Positions 1-13,239 are shown, numbered from the stretch's first letter. The stretch: DNA of 64,000 bases from Eledone cirrhosa (GCA_964016885.1 OZ024740.1:300142001-300206000), one strand, 5' to 3'. Program-made: numbers and translations. The notes: generated by a model from the sequence alone, not told the origin.

Positions 1-2921
1 TCTACATGTGTATGACGACGTGAAACATTGAGAATTGTAGAATATACTGTTAAATATACAATTAAAAACAACAAAAAACAACAGGGGAAATTAATTTGTT
101 AATTGTTCCTCATTTGATACAATAAAACATGCGTTAAAAGTGGTATAGAAAATTTGCGGATGTTGGTAAATTTGGAATATTGAAACTTATTTTATTCTAA
201 AGAACGCACCAAGTATATGGATTACGCTAATAGTTATTGCACGTCCAGATCTCTATTTCTCTTTCTCGATATATTTAATTATTTGTATCGCTTCCAATTC
301 TTTGACTCCCAAGTGTAATACATGTACCTCAATTTTTAATTGAGATGTATTTAGATGGTCATATTTCTAAGTATGATTTTCCGTGTAAATATATCTCTTA
401 TTGCCTTAAGTTCATTGAAGGGTGCCGATTTATATAGATACATATTCATTAGGTTTAGAAGAATTGTATGAAAATATTGGAAAGCAAACACAGCTTCGAT
501 AGATTTTCTGTCCAGCGGAAATTGACCTTCTGTTAATATCAATACTATCAATCGTCATGTTTAGTTAGATGTATCTGGAAGTATGATGGCCTTGTCATAC
601 GTTTTGCAGACAAGCGGAATAATATAGAGGTTTACAAAATTTCATCTCTGATCTCTCATGTTGTGTTTGAATTTTCCTTGTGTGAGCTTACTCATGTTGA
701 AACCCGTCGAAGATTTTACCATATCGTTGCTATATTTATTGATATGTTTCTCTAAACAAAACTAAATCTCAAGCAACTTATCAGAGGTGACATACAACCT
801 ATCGTTATATTTCATATCGTAATGTCTTTTAAAATATACACTTATAGTAGTGCCTGGGGTAAGTGCAAAAACGAATTGCATAAACTCGAACTGAACTGAG
901 ATGTCTTTTGTTTGACGTTTATCGATTAATATAGTAACATGTCGAAAGCTATCGCACAAGATCAGATCTGTTTTAAGCTTCCGCTTTCAAAATGTCCTTT
1001 GACGTTTGTGAACTTTATCGAATAATCAGTGAATATCAAACACAATCTTCCGAAGCGAACAAGAACAACACAAATACGAATTATCAAGCAAAAAACATCA
1101 ACATCAACAACAAAATATTTTAAAAATACTGTCAGATTGAAATCAATTCAAAATTATTTCCGGAAGACAATAAGATCAACTTTAACAAATTTTCTATTAG
1201 ACGACAGCATTATAAATGTACGTCTAACAAGAATTTTACACTGAGTGCTAGAATAATACGAAATTTGTAGTAGATATTTTCTGCCACTATGTGTCATACA
1301 TAGCATAGCTACGTCTAGGATTATACATTACGTCTTCCAGCTCCATCTTTTCCCCCGCTTCTATAGTCACTGATACACGCGGAAACACATGTTTATGGGC
1401 ATATATTTCAATATCTTTGTATGTGTTCACACGTAATTGTTTTTGTAGCTGTGAGGGTCATAAAGTATTTCATTAGGGAAGATTTGAACATTTCAAACAT
1501 TCATAATTATCTCAACTATTCATATGAGTTATATGAAACGGTAGTAGAGGAAATCGAACCTAAATTTGTCTCCCAATCGCTTAAAATGTTTCATTAAATC
1601 GCCCAAAATTCATAGTGTGAGATGCCCGCAAATTTGTTTTGCATATTTGTCGTTACAATTGAAAAGTGATGCTGTGATCCCCGCTGGGTTTAAACATGAA
1701 TCAGAAAAAAATCGCCGGTTCATTCAATCCAACAACCTAATAACACTACTCATTCTTCATCTTCCATGTTTGTGGTCGATAAATAAAGTAACACTCCCGG
1801 GGCAGTATGTTGGTTAAATTAATAATAGTCGAATTGGATGTTTTGCTGTATATGTCACAGCTCTGTGTTCTCAGTTCAAATCCTGTCTCTTCTCGTTGGA
1901 AAATCGGTGACGCTTTTTCTAGGAATCGCAATCAGCAAATAGTATCAGAAATGAAAGTCTTTCTGAATATAGTTTCTCTTTTTTTTCTATATGATAAGAT
2001 ATTTCTATTTATCAATGTTGACAGATAGCTCACCTGTTAATGCATTCAATTGCATAGTGATACATGCATTCAGCGTTTCCTGCATACATTAACTTTATGC
2101 AATCATTTAATCCCGACGTTGTCCTGTTGTTCTTCGCTTCAGCATATCACCATTTTCATAAATCACCATTTTCCCAATCCTAAGTCTTCCACTGATATCA
2201 CACGGCTGCCACAATGCTACTCCACAGTGGGAACGTTTTTCTCATCGAGGTTTACTCTAGCGATTAATATTTAATCTGGCACTACCATCCGGCATGTCTG
2301 GCATAATTGATCTCATCAGGAATCAGACAGCCACCAGTGTAGACCACTGGATGTAAAGAGCACACAGGACACTTCACAAGAAGGAACTTATTCATAGTAT
2401 GTAGGTATATGTACACAATGCTTTTTTTCTTAATGGATTTGTTGGATTAGTTGCCGCCGACCTCACCATGCAATAATTTGCATTTGCTTACATGTTAACA
2501 GTAGCGTTCGAATTTCTAGTCAACATTTTAGCTACTGAACTTAAGTGTCAAATGGACAAACCTAAATACAGTATGATATTACATGTTCTGCAGTTGTTTT
2601 ACAATACAAGAATAATGTGTTTTTAACAGCATTGCTATTGGATATATAGAAAAATTAATCAAAGTGGTGTCGAAGTTCTATTTGCAAACAAACGATGCAT
2701 TAATAAATTGACTAATATACGTACAAATATAATGTAAACTTATCTTTTAAATTCTTTTACATGCAAGTATTCATTCCGTTTTGTATTTGTGGCAGATCTT
2801 TTATGGTTTAAGTAGTTGAAATTCATTAATGCAAGACAGACAAACTATTAACAAGCATTTTATATATCTATAACTCTAGCTCTCTTTCTTTCTCTCTCAT
2901 ACTCCCCTATCTCTGTCTCTC

Positions 2922-3032
<111 letters not shown>

Positions 3033-3091
3033 ACCTCTGTATTTTATTTACTTTATTCTTAACTCTGAAGCCGAGAATCATTCGGTTTCCT

Positions 3092-3372
3092 AAATAGAAT
3101 TTTAGTCTACGATTTCAGTTATACCATTTACGTGCTTTTGTCTTTGTGTGTAATTGTTCTCATTAGTCCACATAACGACGTATTATCTTCGTGTTTTCCG
3201 TTCATTGCCAGAGAACGTCTCCATGAAACACCTAATCGAATATTAGTCTATGACTTCATTTATACCATAAACGTGGTTTTGTCTTTGCGTGTAATAGTTT
3301 TCATCCCACCAAATAATGACGTATTATCTTCGATTTTTTTCCGTTCTTTGCCAGGGAACGTTTCCACGAACC
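3092..3372. repeat. ~140-bp diverged tandem duplication inside a pLTR-like segment bounded by (TA)n
   Basis: 3092-3229 and 3232-3372 align by eye (ttagtctaYgaYttca.ttatacca...gacgtattatcttcg...gccag.gaacgt). Confidence 0.8.
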
Positions 3373-4269
3373 ATAGTATCGTCTTCCTGTCTTCCTTCAG
3401 TTGCAACGTTTTTTGAAATATTTACTTCTGCGTTCACATATTGACTTTTTTAGTCTCAGAAGATCCCGTTAAGGGTGAAAGCAGCGATTCTTTGCGTAAA
3501 CGTTAATCTGATATTTTAATAAATTTATATATATATATATAAATATGTATATATATATATAGATATATTTTCTTTAGGTTGTTTAGGAAGTCTCAACAAT
3601 GCAGATGGGTAATTCTCCGGGTAACAAGATCCGGTGGTGAAGAGAGAGATGTAAGTGAATGTAGATCGAGATGTATAGTGTGTAGAAGAACGTAGGAAGG
3701 AGCGTAAAAAATAAAAATAATAACATGAGATAGAGTTACCTTGGGAGAGATTTAATTGTCCCTATGTATTTCAGATCACATCTATCAACTGGGGTTTTTT
3801 CCTGGGGGTGGGTTGTCTGTCGGAAAGGTGCGAAACGTGTCCTCCGCTATTCGTTGTTTTGAATATCTGAGCCAGGTATTCAGCAGAGCACGCGTGCGCG
3901 TGAACTGGGGTCGGTCAAGTATAGATCGGCGGCCGAAATATTTCTTTTAATTGTGGGAGTGGGGTGGCGTTAGCTGTCAATCCATTGTATTATCCGCCCG
4001 TGCTGGTTTCTGTATTAGCAGTGTTGAATAGTGCGTGGTGGTGCTAGTATTCTCTGTCTGTTTGGTGAATGTTACTGTGTGTGTGTGTGTTGTCTCGCTT
4101 GTGTGTTGTAGCCTCGTTCGTCTGTATTAGAAGTGTAGTATGTTCGTATGGTGGAATGCTGCTGTATGTGTGTGTGTGCGTCTGTTGTTGTCTCGCTTGT
4201 GTGCGCGTATGTTGTAGCATCGTTTGTTTATTTAAACCAACCACATTATTTCGCTTCTCTCGGATGGGT

Positions 4270-4317
<48 letters not shown>

Positions 4318-4336
4318 CATATATTTATATATATGT

Positions 4337-5532
4337 ATACTAGCAGCTGAGCCCGGTTGCACCCGGGGCTACTTTTTAATAAGTTAAAAATTTGAAAAAT
4401 AATATTGAAAGTTCATTATAAAGATGCAGTCTCAGGAAAAAAAAAAGAAATATGCACTTGGGGCTGTATGGCGTACAATGAGAAGTGGAGCGACGTGAAA
4501 AGCGTTGTTTATTAACAGCGAAATAGCAATGTAGATGATATGCAAATTTGAAAATGCAGATTATGAAGGTTTGTATGATAGTTTACACTTTGATTGCCCT
4601 GGTCAGCAAATGGGGCCTCTATACATTAGATGTTTATTAGAAGAGGGCGAAATAACTAACCCCAGTATTAGAACAGGGGGTTCGCAATGTAAGGGTTTTA
4701 TTTCTTTTGTTAGAAAACAGTGACCTTTTTCGGTTTGGCATTTCGTAAAATTCTACTGCCGAATCGATTTCATAAAACGGTACTGTATGATCATTATAGA
4801 AGTATTTAAATTTAATATAGAGCAACTGTAAATGAAAAATGAAAAGGAAACGTACTGTAGAAGGCAACAGTTTATTAACAGCGAAATAGCTTTGTGTTTG
4901 ATATGTTATTTTAAATAAGACAATGAATATTAATAAAAAACTTAATTAATTAACTCGGCAACCAAAGGATGCATGTATTCTTTAAACTTTTCATTTGACT
5001 TTGAAAAATACTACTTACTGTTAGTGGTGGTTAACATGTATAAGAATTAAAATAAAAACACGCGTCCCTTCTTCGCAATTTAAGGGCTTTATTTCTTTTG
5101 ATGGAAAACAGTGACCGTTTTCGGTTTGGCATTTCGTAAAATGGTATTGCAGGATCGATTTCATAAAAGGGTACTGTATATTAACAGCGACAGAACGTTG
5201 AGTTTGATATGTTATGAAAAAATTGATGAATTTAAAAATGTGTATGAAATTGTAAATAAGAAAATGAATATTGAAAGCGACTACAGAAAATAACTCATCC
5301 AAGTATTAGAACAGGGGGAAATAACTCACCGGAAGCGATAGTAAATAGACCGTTCGGAGGCCCTAGGGACCACATTTTTCAAGCTAGAGATTTGAAACCT
5401 CGTCTATTTGCTTCCTTGGCAGTTTTTACATAGGTGTGTAAATCTTCATGTCTGTCCGACCACGTCTACTACCATTTAACCGTGCACAACTGAATTTCAA
5501 CCACCACCCATTTCACAAATATATATTAGATA
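4337..5532 (+). mobile_element. Non-autonomous Helentron/DINE-1-like rolling-circle element with internal tandem repeats
   Basis: 5' end TACTAGCAGCTGAGCCCGGTTGCACCCGGG with a short hairpin; 3' end ...tatatattagat; internal blocks repeated (4684-4790 vs 5074-5180; ttaacagcga at about 4512, 4875 and 5181). Family assignment is from terminal-motif resemblance only. Confidence 0.6.
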
Positions 5533-5809
5533 TATATAGATAGATATGTTTATCTCGGCTTCAATCGGAGGTAACCACAGTAAGCAAAGTACGGCTTCCT
5601 GCTGATTTCTCCCGAATGAAACATTTCTAGTCTCGTAGAAGCCATTTCTATATTATATATATATATGTTTATAAGTAATGGAAATCTCAATTTTTCTAAT
5701 ATTAATAATAATATTCGATTCGTTTGCAATTATGCAGACACCCTCTTTAAGCCATGTAAAAAGAATGGCACCGTCATTCTTGCTCTTGTGTTGACATAAA
5801 AACAGAACG

Positions 5810-5850
5810 GCAGACACTATTGTTTCGGGTTGTTTATCCTTCATCAGTAC
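5810..5850 (-). ncRNA. Minimal type I hammerhead ribozyme motif with a 10.1/11.1 mismatch, in a pLTR-like fragment
   Basis: Minus strand reads gta-CTGATGA-A-GGATAAACAACC-C-GAAA-CAATAGTG-TC-tgc: intact core, stem III ACA/TGT, GUC triplet, 3-bp stem I. Confidence 0.65.
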
Positions 5851-6568
5851 AGTATACTACTTACCTGCCAACTGTTAGAGCTACTGAAAAGATATATTTC
5901 CTGCAATATACAGTGACTGATCAGCTTGATTTCTTCAGATTTACATTTCTTGTATTCAGCCGTGTAGATAGAACTATTTGTTATATATATGCGTTTCGTC
6001 CTTATTTGGCCGACACATAAATCACTAGTGACGTACTGGGGTTGCTTTACTCGACATTCATTTCCTTTAAAATTGCTGACCTTGTATCAAATGTAAAATA
6101 TATATCCCCCTTCAGCAGAGGCAGCACTTTTTATGCCTGAAAGAGTTATGTATTCGGATTACTTGTGTAATTACAGTTTTTTTTTTTATCTTGAAGTCAT
6201 AAAAACAAAATCCTTAATGAAAATCTGTTACAAGTGAATCTGACGGATGTATTTCAATTAGAATTCTCCGACTCGCTAGGCAAAATGAGATTTCGTAGCG
6301 TACATAAGCTATCATAGATTTAGATATGTAAACAGGCTGAAATAAAAATGTATACTCAAAGGAAGCATATGTAATCTTAAGGAGATAATATCTGGAAATT
6401 ACATGAGTGTTATAGTACGTTTTTCACGGTTAACCTAACAGCTTATTAGTTTATTTCACATATATACATTTGCACAAATATTTGCTCAATCTCATTCATA
6501 GTATGAAACCTGAATAGAGTACACCTTCACAATCTCATTATTTTTTCATTTAGTTTGGTCATTTAGTT

Positions 6569-6621
<53 letters not shown>

Positions 6622-6624
<3 letters not shown>

Positions 6625-6805
6625 CGAAGGAAATTTGGTAAGTAACCAGATGGACCATAACGCACCAAAGTACTCAATAATTAGGGTAGTAGAGTGGGTA
6701 ATAGGAACAAGTATGACCCCGACGACAGAGCTCAAGCCGTTTCGACGGCTAATTTGAATTAGCCGTCGAAACGGCTTGAGCACTGCCGTCGGGGTCATAC
6801 TTAAT

Positions 6806-6810
<5 letters not shown>
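6622..6810 (-). mobile_element. Fold-back mini-element derived from the 3' end of the Naiad-like PLE at 58-61 kb, in (TA)n
   Basis: 54-bp inverted arms 6701-6754/6757-6810 plus unpaired 6622-6700; homologous to the reverse complement of about 60831-60963; (TA)n on both sides. Confidence 0.85.
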
Positions 6811-6876
<66 letters not shown>

Positions 6877-6959
6877 GCAAATTTGAACAGGAACAAGACA
6901 GAGAGGTACTACAATGAATGTTTATTAATTTCACGCTCTTGAGAGTGGGGTGGTGGTGG

Positions 6960-6997
6960 GGAACGACGTTTCGGGCATAAGCCCTTCTTCAGGTGAA
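6960..6997 (-). ncRNA. Minimal hammerhead ribozyme motif
   Basis: CTGAAGA-A-GGGC-TTAT-GCCC-GAAAC-GTC: intact core, 4-bp helix after an A.C mismatch, palindromic ACGT stem III. Stem I is only about 2 bp. Confidence 0.6.
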
Positions 6998-8419
6998 AAG
7001 TGTGTGGGAAGAGAGTTCAAAGGGTGTGTAGGGGAGTGGTGGAGAGACACATAGCAAAAGGGGGGTGGGAGGAAACGGTGCAAATGAAATTAAAAATAAA
7101 AGCATGATCAAATTAAAATTAAAATGGGGTAAAACAGGTGGTGGAAGGGTGTGGGGCGTGTAGGGGTTGTGTCGGGTGGAGTGGGTAGAGGGAGACGGGG
7201 TGTCCGAGCGGGGAGGGCTGAAGGTGGTGTGTGTGTGTGTGGGTGTACGTGTGTGTGTATGTGTGTATGTGAAAGCAAGGGTTGGGGGAAGAATGGGGTT
7301 GCATGTTCAGGAAGAGGTGTGTGTGGGGTGGGGTGTATGTCGGAGTGTGTGTGCGTATGTGGATAGAGGGGTGGGGGGAGAGGAATCCGGAGGCTGAATG
7401 TGTAAATATGTGGTGGAGCGCACGTGTGTGTGTGGTGTTTAAGCGTGTTGTAGGTGTAGGTGGCGTGTGGGAAAAAAATGTTGTTTGGATGTGTGTGGGT
7501 GAGTCATAAAGGTGATTCCGTAAGAAGATGTGGTGGAATGGTTAATAAAATCCTAGGATGGTGGTTGATTCCGCGGTCAATGTCCACATACGTGTAATCG
7601 GTGAAGAGATTGGTCGGAAGAGGGGAGATGTGGGGTGCGCGCGCAACAGGAAGTGGTCAAGGCAGTAGGAGTGCTGTGTGTGCTGGGAGGTGGTCAGAAG
7701 GCATAGCAGCAGTAGGGTGGAATGGTAAAGGGGAGAGGATGGGTAGGTGTGAAAGTTGGAGTGAGGAGGGGAGGGTGTGTGTGTGTATTAGTAGAGGTGT
7801 TAGTGGGATGAATGAGTGTTTGAGAAAGGGTGTGGGTGGAGCGGGGAGAGAAGGGTGTGGGGGTCGATGGAGGGAGTGTGGTGTACTGGTGTGTGTGTTG
7901 TTTGATGAAGGGGGTGTTAGTGGGTGTTAGTATACAGGAGGTGGAGAAAGGGTTGAATGCGGGTGTGAGTGGGGGTCAGTGGTGGTAGGGTGTGTAGAGT
8001 TGGTGGTGTAAGAGGGTGTGTGTGTACGTGTGCGTGGGGTTCGGGGTGTTAGTGATGTTAGTTGCGTGTAGGGTGGGTGGTGTAACTGGGTGCGTGTGCT
8101 CGTGTGCTTGGGGTCAGGGGGTGTTAGTGATGTTAGTTGCGGGGTTGTGGGGTGGATGTGTGGGGGTGAGGGTTAGTGGTGGTAGTAGGGTGTGTGTTTA
8201 GTGTGAGCGCGTGTATGTGTGCCGGTGGGTCTGTGAGTGTGATAAGGAGGGGGGAGGAGAAGAAGGGAGGGATGTTAGTATGTTAGTTGGGGAAGGGTGG
8301 TCGGATGTGGGGTGGAGTGGAGGTGTTAGTATTGTTAGTTGTGGGGTGGGCGGTGAAAAGGAGGGGTGTCTTAGTGGTGTTAGTGGGGGATATGTGTGGG
8401 GGCGGGGGGCGGTCGAAGG

Positions 8420-8690
8420 CTAAAGGAATAAGGGTGGGGAGTTCAGGCCGGGGGGAGTGTGGGTATGCAAGATGAAGATGGTTCGTTGTTCAACTCTTAG
8501 GAGATTGGCGGGTGTTCCGTGGCATTGGAGTAGGCCACAGACTGTGGGATGGCGTGCAGAATGTCTAGGGGCACAAAAGTGGCGGGCGATGGGGGAACTA
8601 CCACCGAGACGAATATCCCGGAGGTGCTCAGTGAATCTGTCCGCCAGGCGACGTCCAGTCTGTCCGACGTACCAAGTTGTGTCGGGGGTA
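8420..8690 (-). pseudogene. GIY-YIG endonuclease C-terminal fragment (PLE)
   Basis: Manual translation, absent from the ORF track: PDTTWYVGQTGRRLADRFTEHLRDIR...PIARHF...VEQRTIFILHTHTPPGLNSPPLFL*, showing the YVG-T-R-L--R--EH and P-GLN motifs. Confidence 0.85.
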
Positions 8691-8759
8691 GAGTATGGGC
8701 ATGTTTTATTTCATATAGAAATGACCCGTAAATTCTCTGCAGGTATTTTTCCTGACCAA

Positions 8760-10250
8760 TTATAGACACATACCCATAATATCGGTGGGGTAACGTTTCC
8801 CGCTGGACCCTTCGGAGGAACCCCATTTCAACGGCTTGTAATCGCGATGGTATTATTACGGTTATTACACAAGATTTACGACCATAGGCAAGTGCTGTTA
8901 CCAATATGGAAATGTGGATAATGAGTTTGGGTTTTACACATACCTCCCTCCTTCTGGATACCCATTGCTGAAGCTGACGCATTACTTCACCAGCTCCTTC
9001 AATCTTACATATAATGTAGTCTCCTGACTTCCATCACACTTGAACATGGCCCATAGATACTTGTCCATCTGCTTCAGTGGAACTCCATTCCCATGTAGAA
9101 TGCAGTGCACTTGTTTGCCACAGTACTGACTTTCATTCCATGAAACATTCGACAGAAAATCTGCGAGTGCAAGTCGGAGATCAACTTCTGTCGACTTAAG
9201 TAACACCATGTAGTAAGCAAATTCCAGCCGACTGAATTTACACCAACAAGTCGTAACACCACTTCCAAACCGGCTGCGCATGTCAACCCTGTTCATGAAA
9301 ATAATGAATAGAAGAGATGAAGGTACGCACCATTGGTGAAGTCTATTTCTCAAATCTAATAGCTTCTATTTAGCACCATTTATGCGAAAACAAACACTCC
9401 CGAATCCATATAGAGAGATCAGGGCGGCAGGAAGCTGACCATCAAACAAATATTGTTGCGCAACATTCAACAACAGCCCGCATGGGACGCAGTCACATAT
9501 CCTTTCGAGGTCTACAAAACAAATATATATATCTCGAAATACTCACATGATTTCTCGAATAGCTGCCGCAGTGTGAATATTTGGTTGGATGTGCTGCCTC
9601 CGAGGCCAAATCCACAGTGTTCGCCAGCTAACTCGTGAATCTCCCTGCATCTCTTTGCCGGAGGCTGAACAAGGCGATCTCTCTGTAATTGGAATAATCA
9701 CTCTTGTCTCCCTTTTTGAAAATTGAGATTATCACTCCGGATTGTTTTTGCTAAGGTGTCTTTCAATAGATCCAGGCAACCCGGCACACGAGTCGGCAAG
9801 AGAATACCTTCTCTGTTTACGGCTTTTAATATCTTGGGTCGGATTTCATCTTCCCCCAATGGCCTTACCGCCTTTGAGCTCTTTAACTGCGCATGTGACC
9901 TCAACCTTTGAGTGATTAATTACCGCTCTCAGATGCACCTCGTGTACATCAGAATATTCTGTTGTGATCGGGTTTAGGAAATCAGCAAAGTATTCTTTCC
10001 ACCTCGTGAGGATGCATGCCTCTGAAGAGATGAGAAGTCAAGAGGCGTTCTAGATACCAGATGTGGTGGAGGACTTCTTATTACGAAGTCGGCAGATGAT
10101 CTGGTTGAAAACTTTATTTGCTGATATAAGTCTGTTTCCAGCTTAACCCAAAATGTGAACGACTTTACTGTCTCTGCTGCAATTCTTCATACCTGCTTGC
10201 ACCACAAGAGCAAAAAGGAGGATTTACATAAGTCCAGCTTTGTAAGCCTC
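8760..10250 (-). mobile_element. Decayed RTE/RTE-X-clade LINE reverse transcriptase fragment
   Basis: ORF-track pieces GEDEIRPKILKA, SSLLFIIFM, LEFAYYMVL (degenerate FADD), and LAYG...SRLQAVEMGFLRRV. Confidence 0.75.
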
Positions 10251-11753
10251 ATATGAATAAATATTTTGAACGCCTTCAACTATATTTAACATAACGTGCA
10301 GGAATCCGTACAGGAGAAATTGCAGTTCTTAGTTCGTAGCATTCTCGTTCAGATAAACAGGAATCACAGCCGGGGTAGACTAAGTGTACAGAATGGGTTT
10401 AGGGAATATTGTCTCAAGTCAATTATTTAGTGAACCTTTGGTATTAAATGAGCCCTTTACATTCAATTGAATGACATTCACGTGAATGGTTTGAAATGTT
10501 GCAGTGTGTAGCACCAAGCCGTTCTAGAATTGTGAACATTAGTATTTGTCACACACTAGATATATCGAGGTGGAAATATCATAAAAGCTGAAACATTTTC
10601 TGAACGAGGTAGCTTTTGTACTGAAAATGTTATAGATATGCGCTCAATCTAATATAGAATTTAATTTTGCTTTTCCTTGAATAATATCATTCATTAATAG
10701 CATTCCTTCCCAGTTAGCACAGAACGTTCATTTATTGTTCTTTCTATCTCTATGATAGACTTCATGTTTCCAACTTATTTTGTTCTGTTTCTCATACACT
10801 GAAATCAATCAGGTTTCTACACACAACAGAATATATGTTTTTCATTCTCAAGAAAATCATTCACAAGAACGTTCCTTGATGTGCATCATTTCCCTGATAC
10901 ATTAATCATTATTACTTGACAGAAAATTCTCACCAAAACTACTTCATTATTTTCGCATCAAACTTTAATTCCATTAGGGTTTACACAAGTAAAGGCAAGT
11001 AATAATGCATTACATCAGTAGATAAAAATAGGTCATAATGCATAATAACTATTAGTATATCATACGGTGAGAAACTATAATTTGCAGCAATCATTCAATA
11101 CCTCTTCCATGTGTCTGAGATATTTAATATGAGTTATCTAAAGATCCTTAAATATTTGAAATTACTTCATTGTCGTGAGAGAACATTTCTTTTCAGCTAT
11201 TGAAACAGCAGAAGCCAAGAATATTTATTCTTAAATCCCCCGTCTCTAGAAAGGAAATGAAATTGGTTGCATCGAACTAAATAAACGAGTATGGATAATA
11301 GATGGATTCTTTAGGATGGAATTCATTTCCATACCTGTCACTATACGTAGATTACGCTGAAGCATTTTATGTGGAAATATTAGCAATTTTCAGGTCGTTA
11401 GGGATACACTAACAAAATACAGAAATTTTTTAAAGATATAAAATCTGTCAATACTGATAGATATAGCTCGTTTATTTAAAAAATGCATATTAATGATTTT
11501 TTCTGCAATTTATCATTGTGTACATAGGTACAAGGGACATTATATTTTCTATAGAGTGATACACTAGAGAATGCTAATAATTATTATTTGTATATACGTA
11601 CTTATAGAAGGGGTATGAAAATAATATAAAATAATATGATATATATATATATATGCGTATGTGTGTGTGTTTGTATACGGAGAGAGAGAGAAAAGACGCA
11701 GATAACCAGACACCCACACGCACGCACGCACACACACACACACACAAACACAC

Positions 11754-11808
<55 letters not shown>

Positions 11809-11862
11809 TTGTATATATATATATATATATTTTTTAAGATTACATAATATGTACATTCACAT

Positions 11863-12058
11863 ATAGGTTTATGGTTTTTAGTTACGATATTGTATGTTAT
11901 TATCGTATGTAAAACGTATGTTCAATTCTGACATACATTAACACTATGAAACTGCAAAATTCGCTCATATATATATATATATTGCACGTAACATATTTCA
12001 GAATTGAACAGATTTCTGCACATGATAATATAGTCTCAACTCAAAACCATAAACCTAT
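11863..12058. repeat. Imperfect ~195-bp fold-back (MITE-like) with a central (TA)n
   Basis: ataggtttatggtttt(t)agtt pairs with aactcaaaaccataaacctat; tgttcaattctga pairs with tcagaattgaaca. Confidence 0.7.
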
Positions 12059-13239
12059 GCTTATGCATTAAAGATATTCGCTTGCTTTCCTATGCTAAAA
12101 ACATCTTAATAGCTGTGGCATAATAGAAGAGTTTCATATGTTTTCAATTTACGTTTCAGAAAGTTCTGCGCAGCCAAGATACCTATAAACCTGAAGATAA
12201 TAAATCAACACGAAAATAAAATGAATATCTATTACGTACTTTGATTGATTCTTGATGGCATTAAATATGTTTTTACGTGTCCACTATATCGGTTTATGTA
12301 GCCTAATCAATCTATATGTATATAGAAACAGTGTTTTTTGACAGTATATCACCAATATGATCATGCAGTAATTTCCTTTATTGTAATCTCCATACAGGAT
12401 TAGTTTTCTCAATATTGAGTTACTATAGTTACAGATCAGGTCGGAGAATGAAAGTTCAATAGACTTATGTCTAGTCATCCATTAACGCTTCTGTCAAGTT
12501 TATAATAGTTTTAGAGTAACATTTAACTACAGGGTATATTTAAACTATTTTATATGTGAACAAAAATGCAAAATATTTACATGTAGGAAACAATGTATGT
12601 ATATTTATATCTTCACGTAGTATTTCAAAACTAATAAACTTTGCTGGAGTCTAGAAATCTTCAATCGGTTGTACATGGCCAAATAATAAAAGAGCATCTA
12701 ACATTTAGGGATATGTATGTGGAGAAAAAATAGAAGCCCATTTTATTTGTAACAAATTGATGACAACAATCAAGGTATATTCAAACCAGCCTTAGCGTTA
12801 GTCAATATGCAATATACAAGCGATGATGAAGTATGTCATTCAGTATGGACGAGATTTTTTTTATAAACCACGTTTCTATTGATCTACGTTCCAAAAGGTC
12901 TTTCAATATCCTTATTGGCCATAAGGGATGACATAATTCTCCGGCGCCATTCGCACCATAGTCAATGTATGTGGCAAGATTTCTCCAATCACCCAATCTA
13001 TTTACTTTGTGAGCTGTGACCCATCAGCTCTTGGTTGGCCCTTCCTACTAGCACAAATTTAAGTGTCTGTGTATTTGCTTGCTGTTAATTTTGTGTGTTC
13101 GTGTGTTTTCTTTAAGTTGTAGTTGACTCTTTCTGTGGTAGGGGTGATGATGGTGTTGTTATTTGGAGTGGTGCTGGAGGTGGTTCTGTTGCCGTTGGGT
13201 TTGTGTTTGATATGGATGTGTGTTTTCTATTTTCTGGAG

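Larger units (their letters stand above)
6872..8690 (-). mobile_element. 5'-truncated Penelope-like element (Neptune-like): GIY-YIG C-terminus plus ~1.5-kb C/A-rich 3' region with HHR-like motif
   Basis: GIY-YIG frame at 8420-8690, then a strand-biased tract, an HHR core at 6960-6997, AATAAA, and a (TA)n junction. Confidence 0.8.

Noticed and set aside
3560-4270. Minus-strand repeat-like island with a short open frame
   Set aside because: Probably a retroelement 3' fragment, but no diagnostic motif allowed assignment.
6710-6800. Twister ribozyme or CRISPR-like repeat in the palindromic motif
   Set aside because: CAAGCC/GCAGAG resemblance is explained by the inverted HHR half; there is no repeat-spacer array and the context is eukaryotic.
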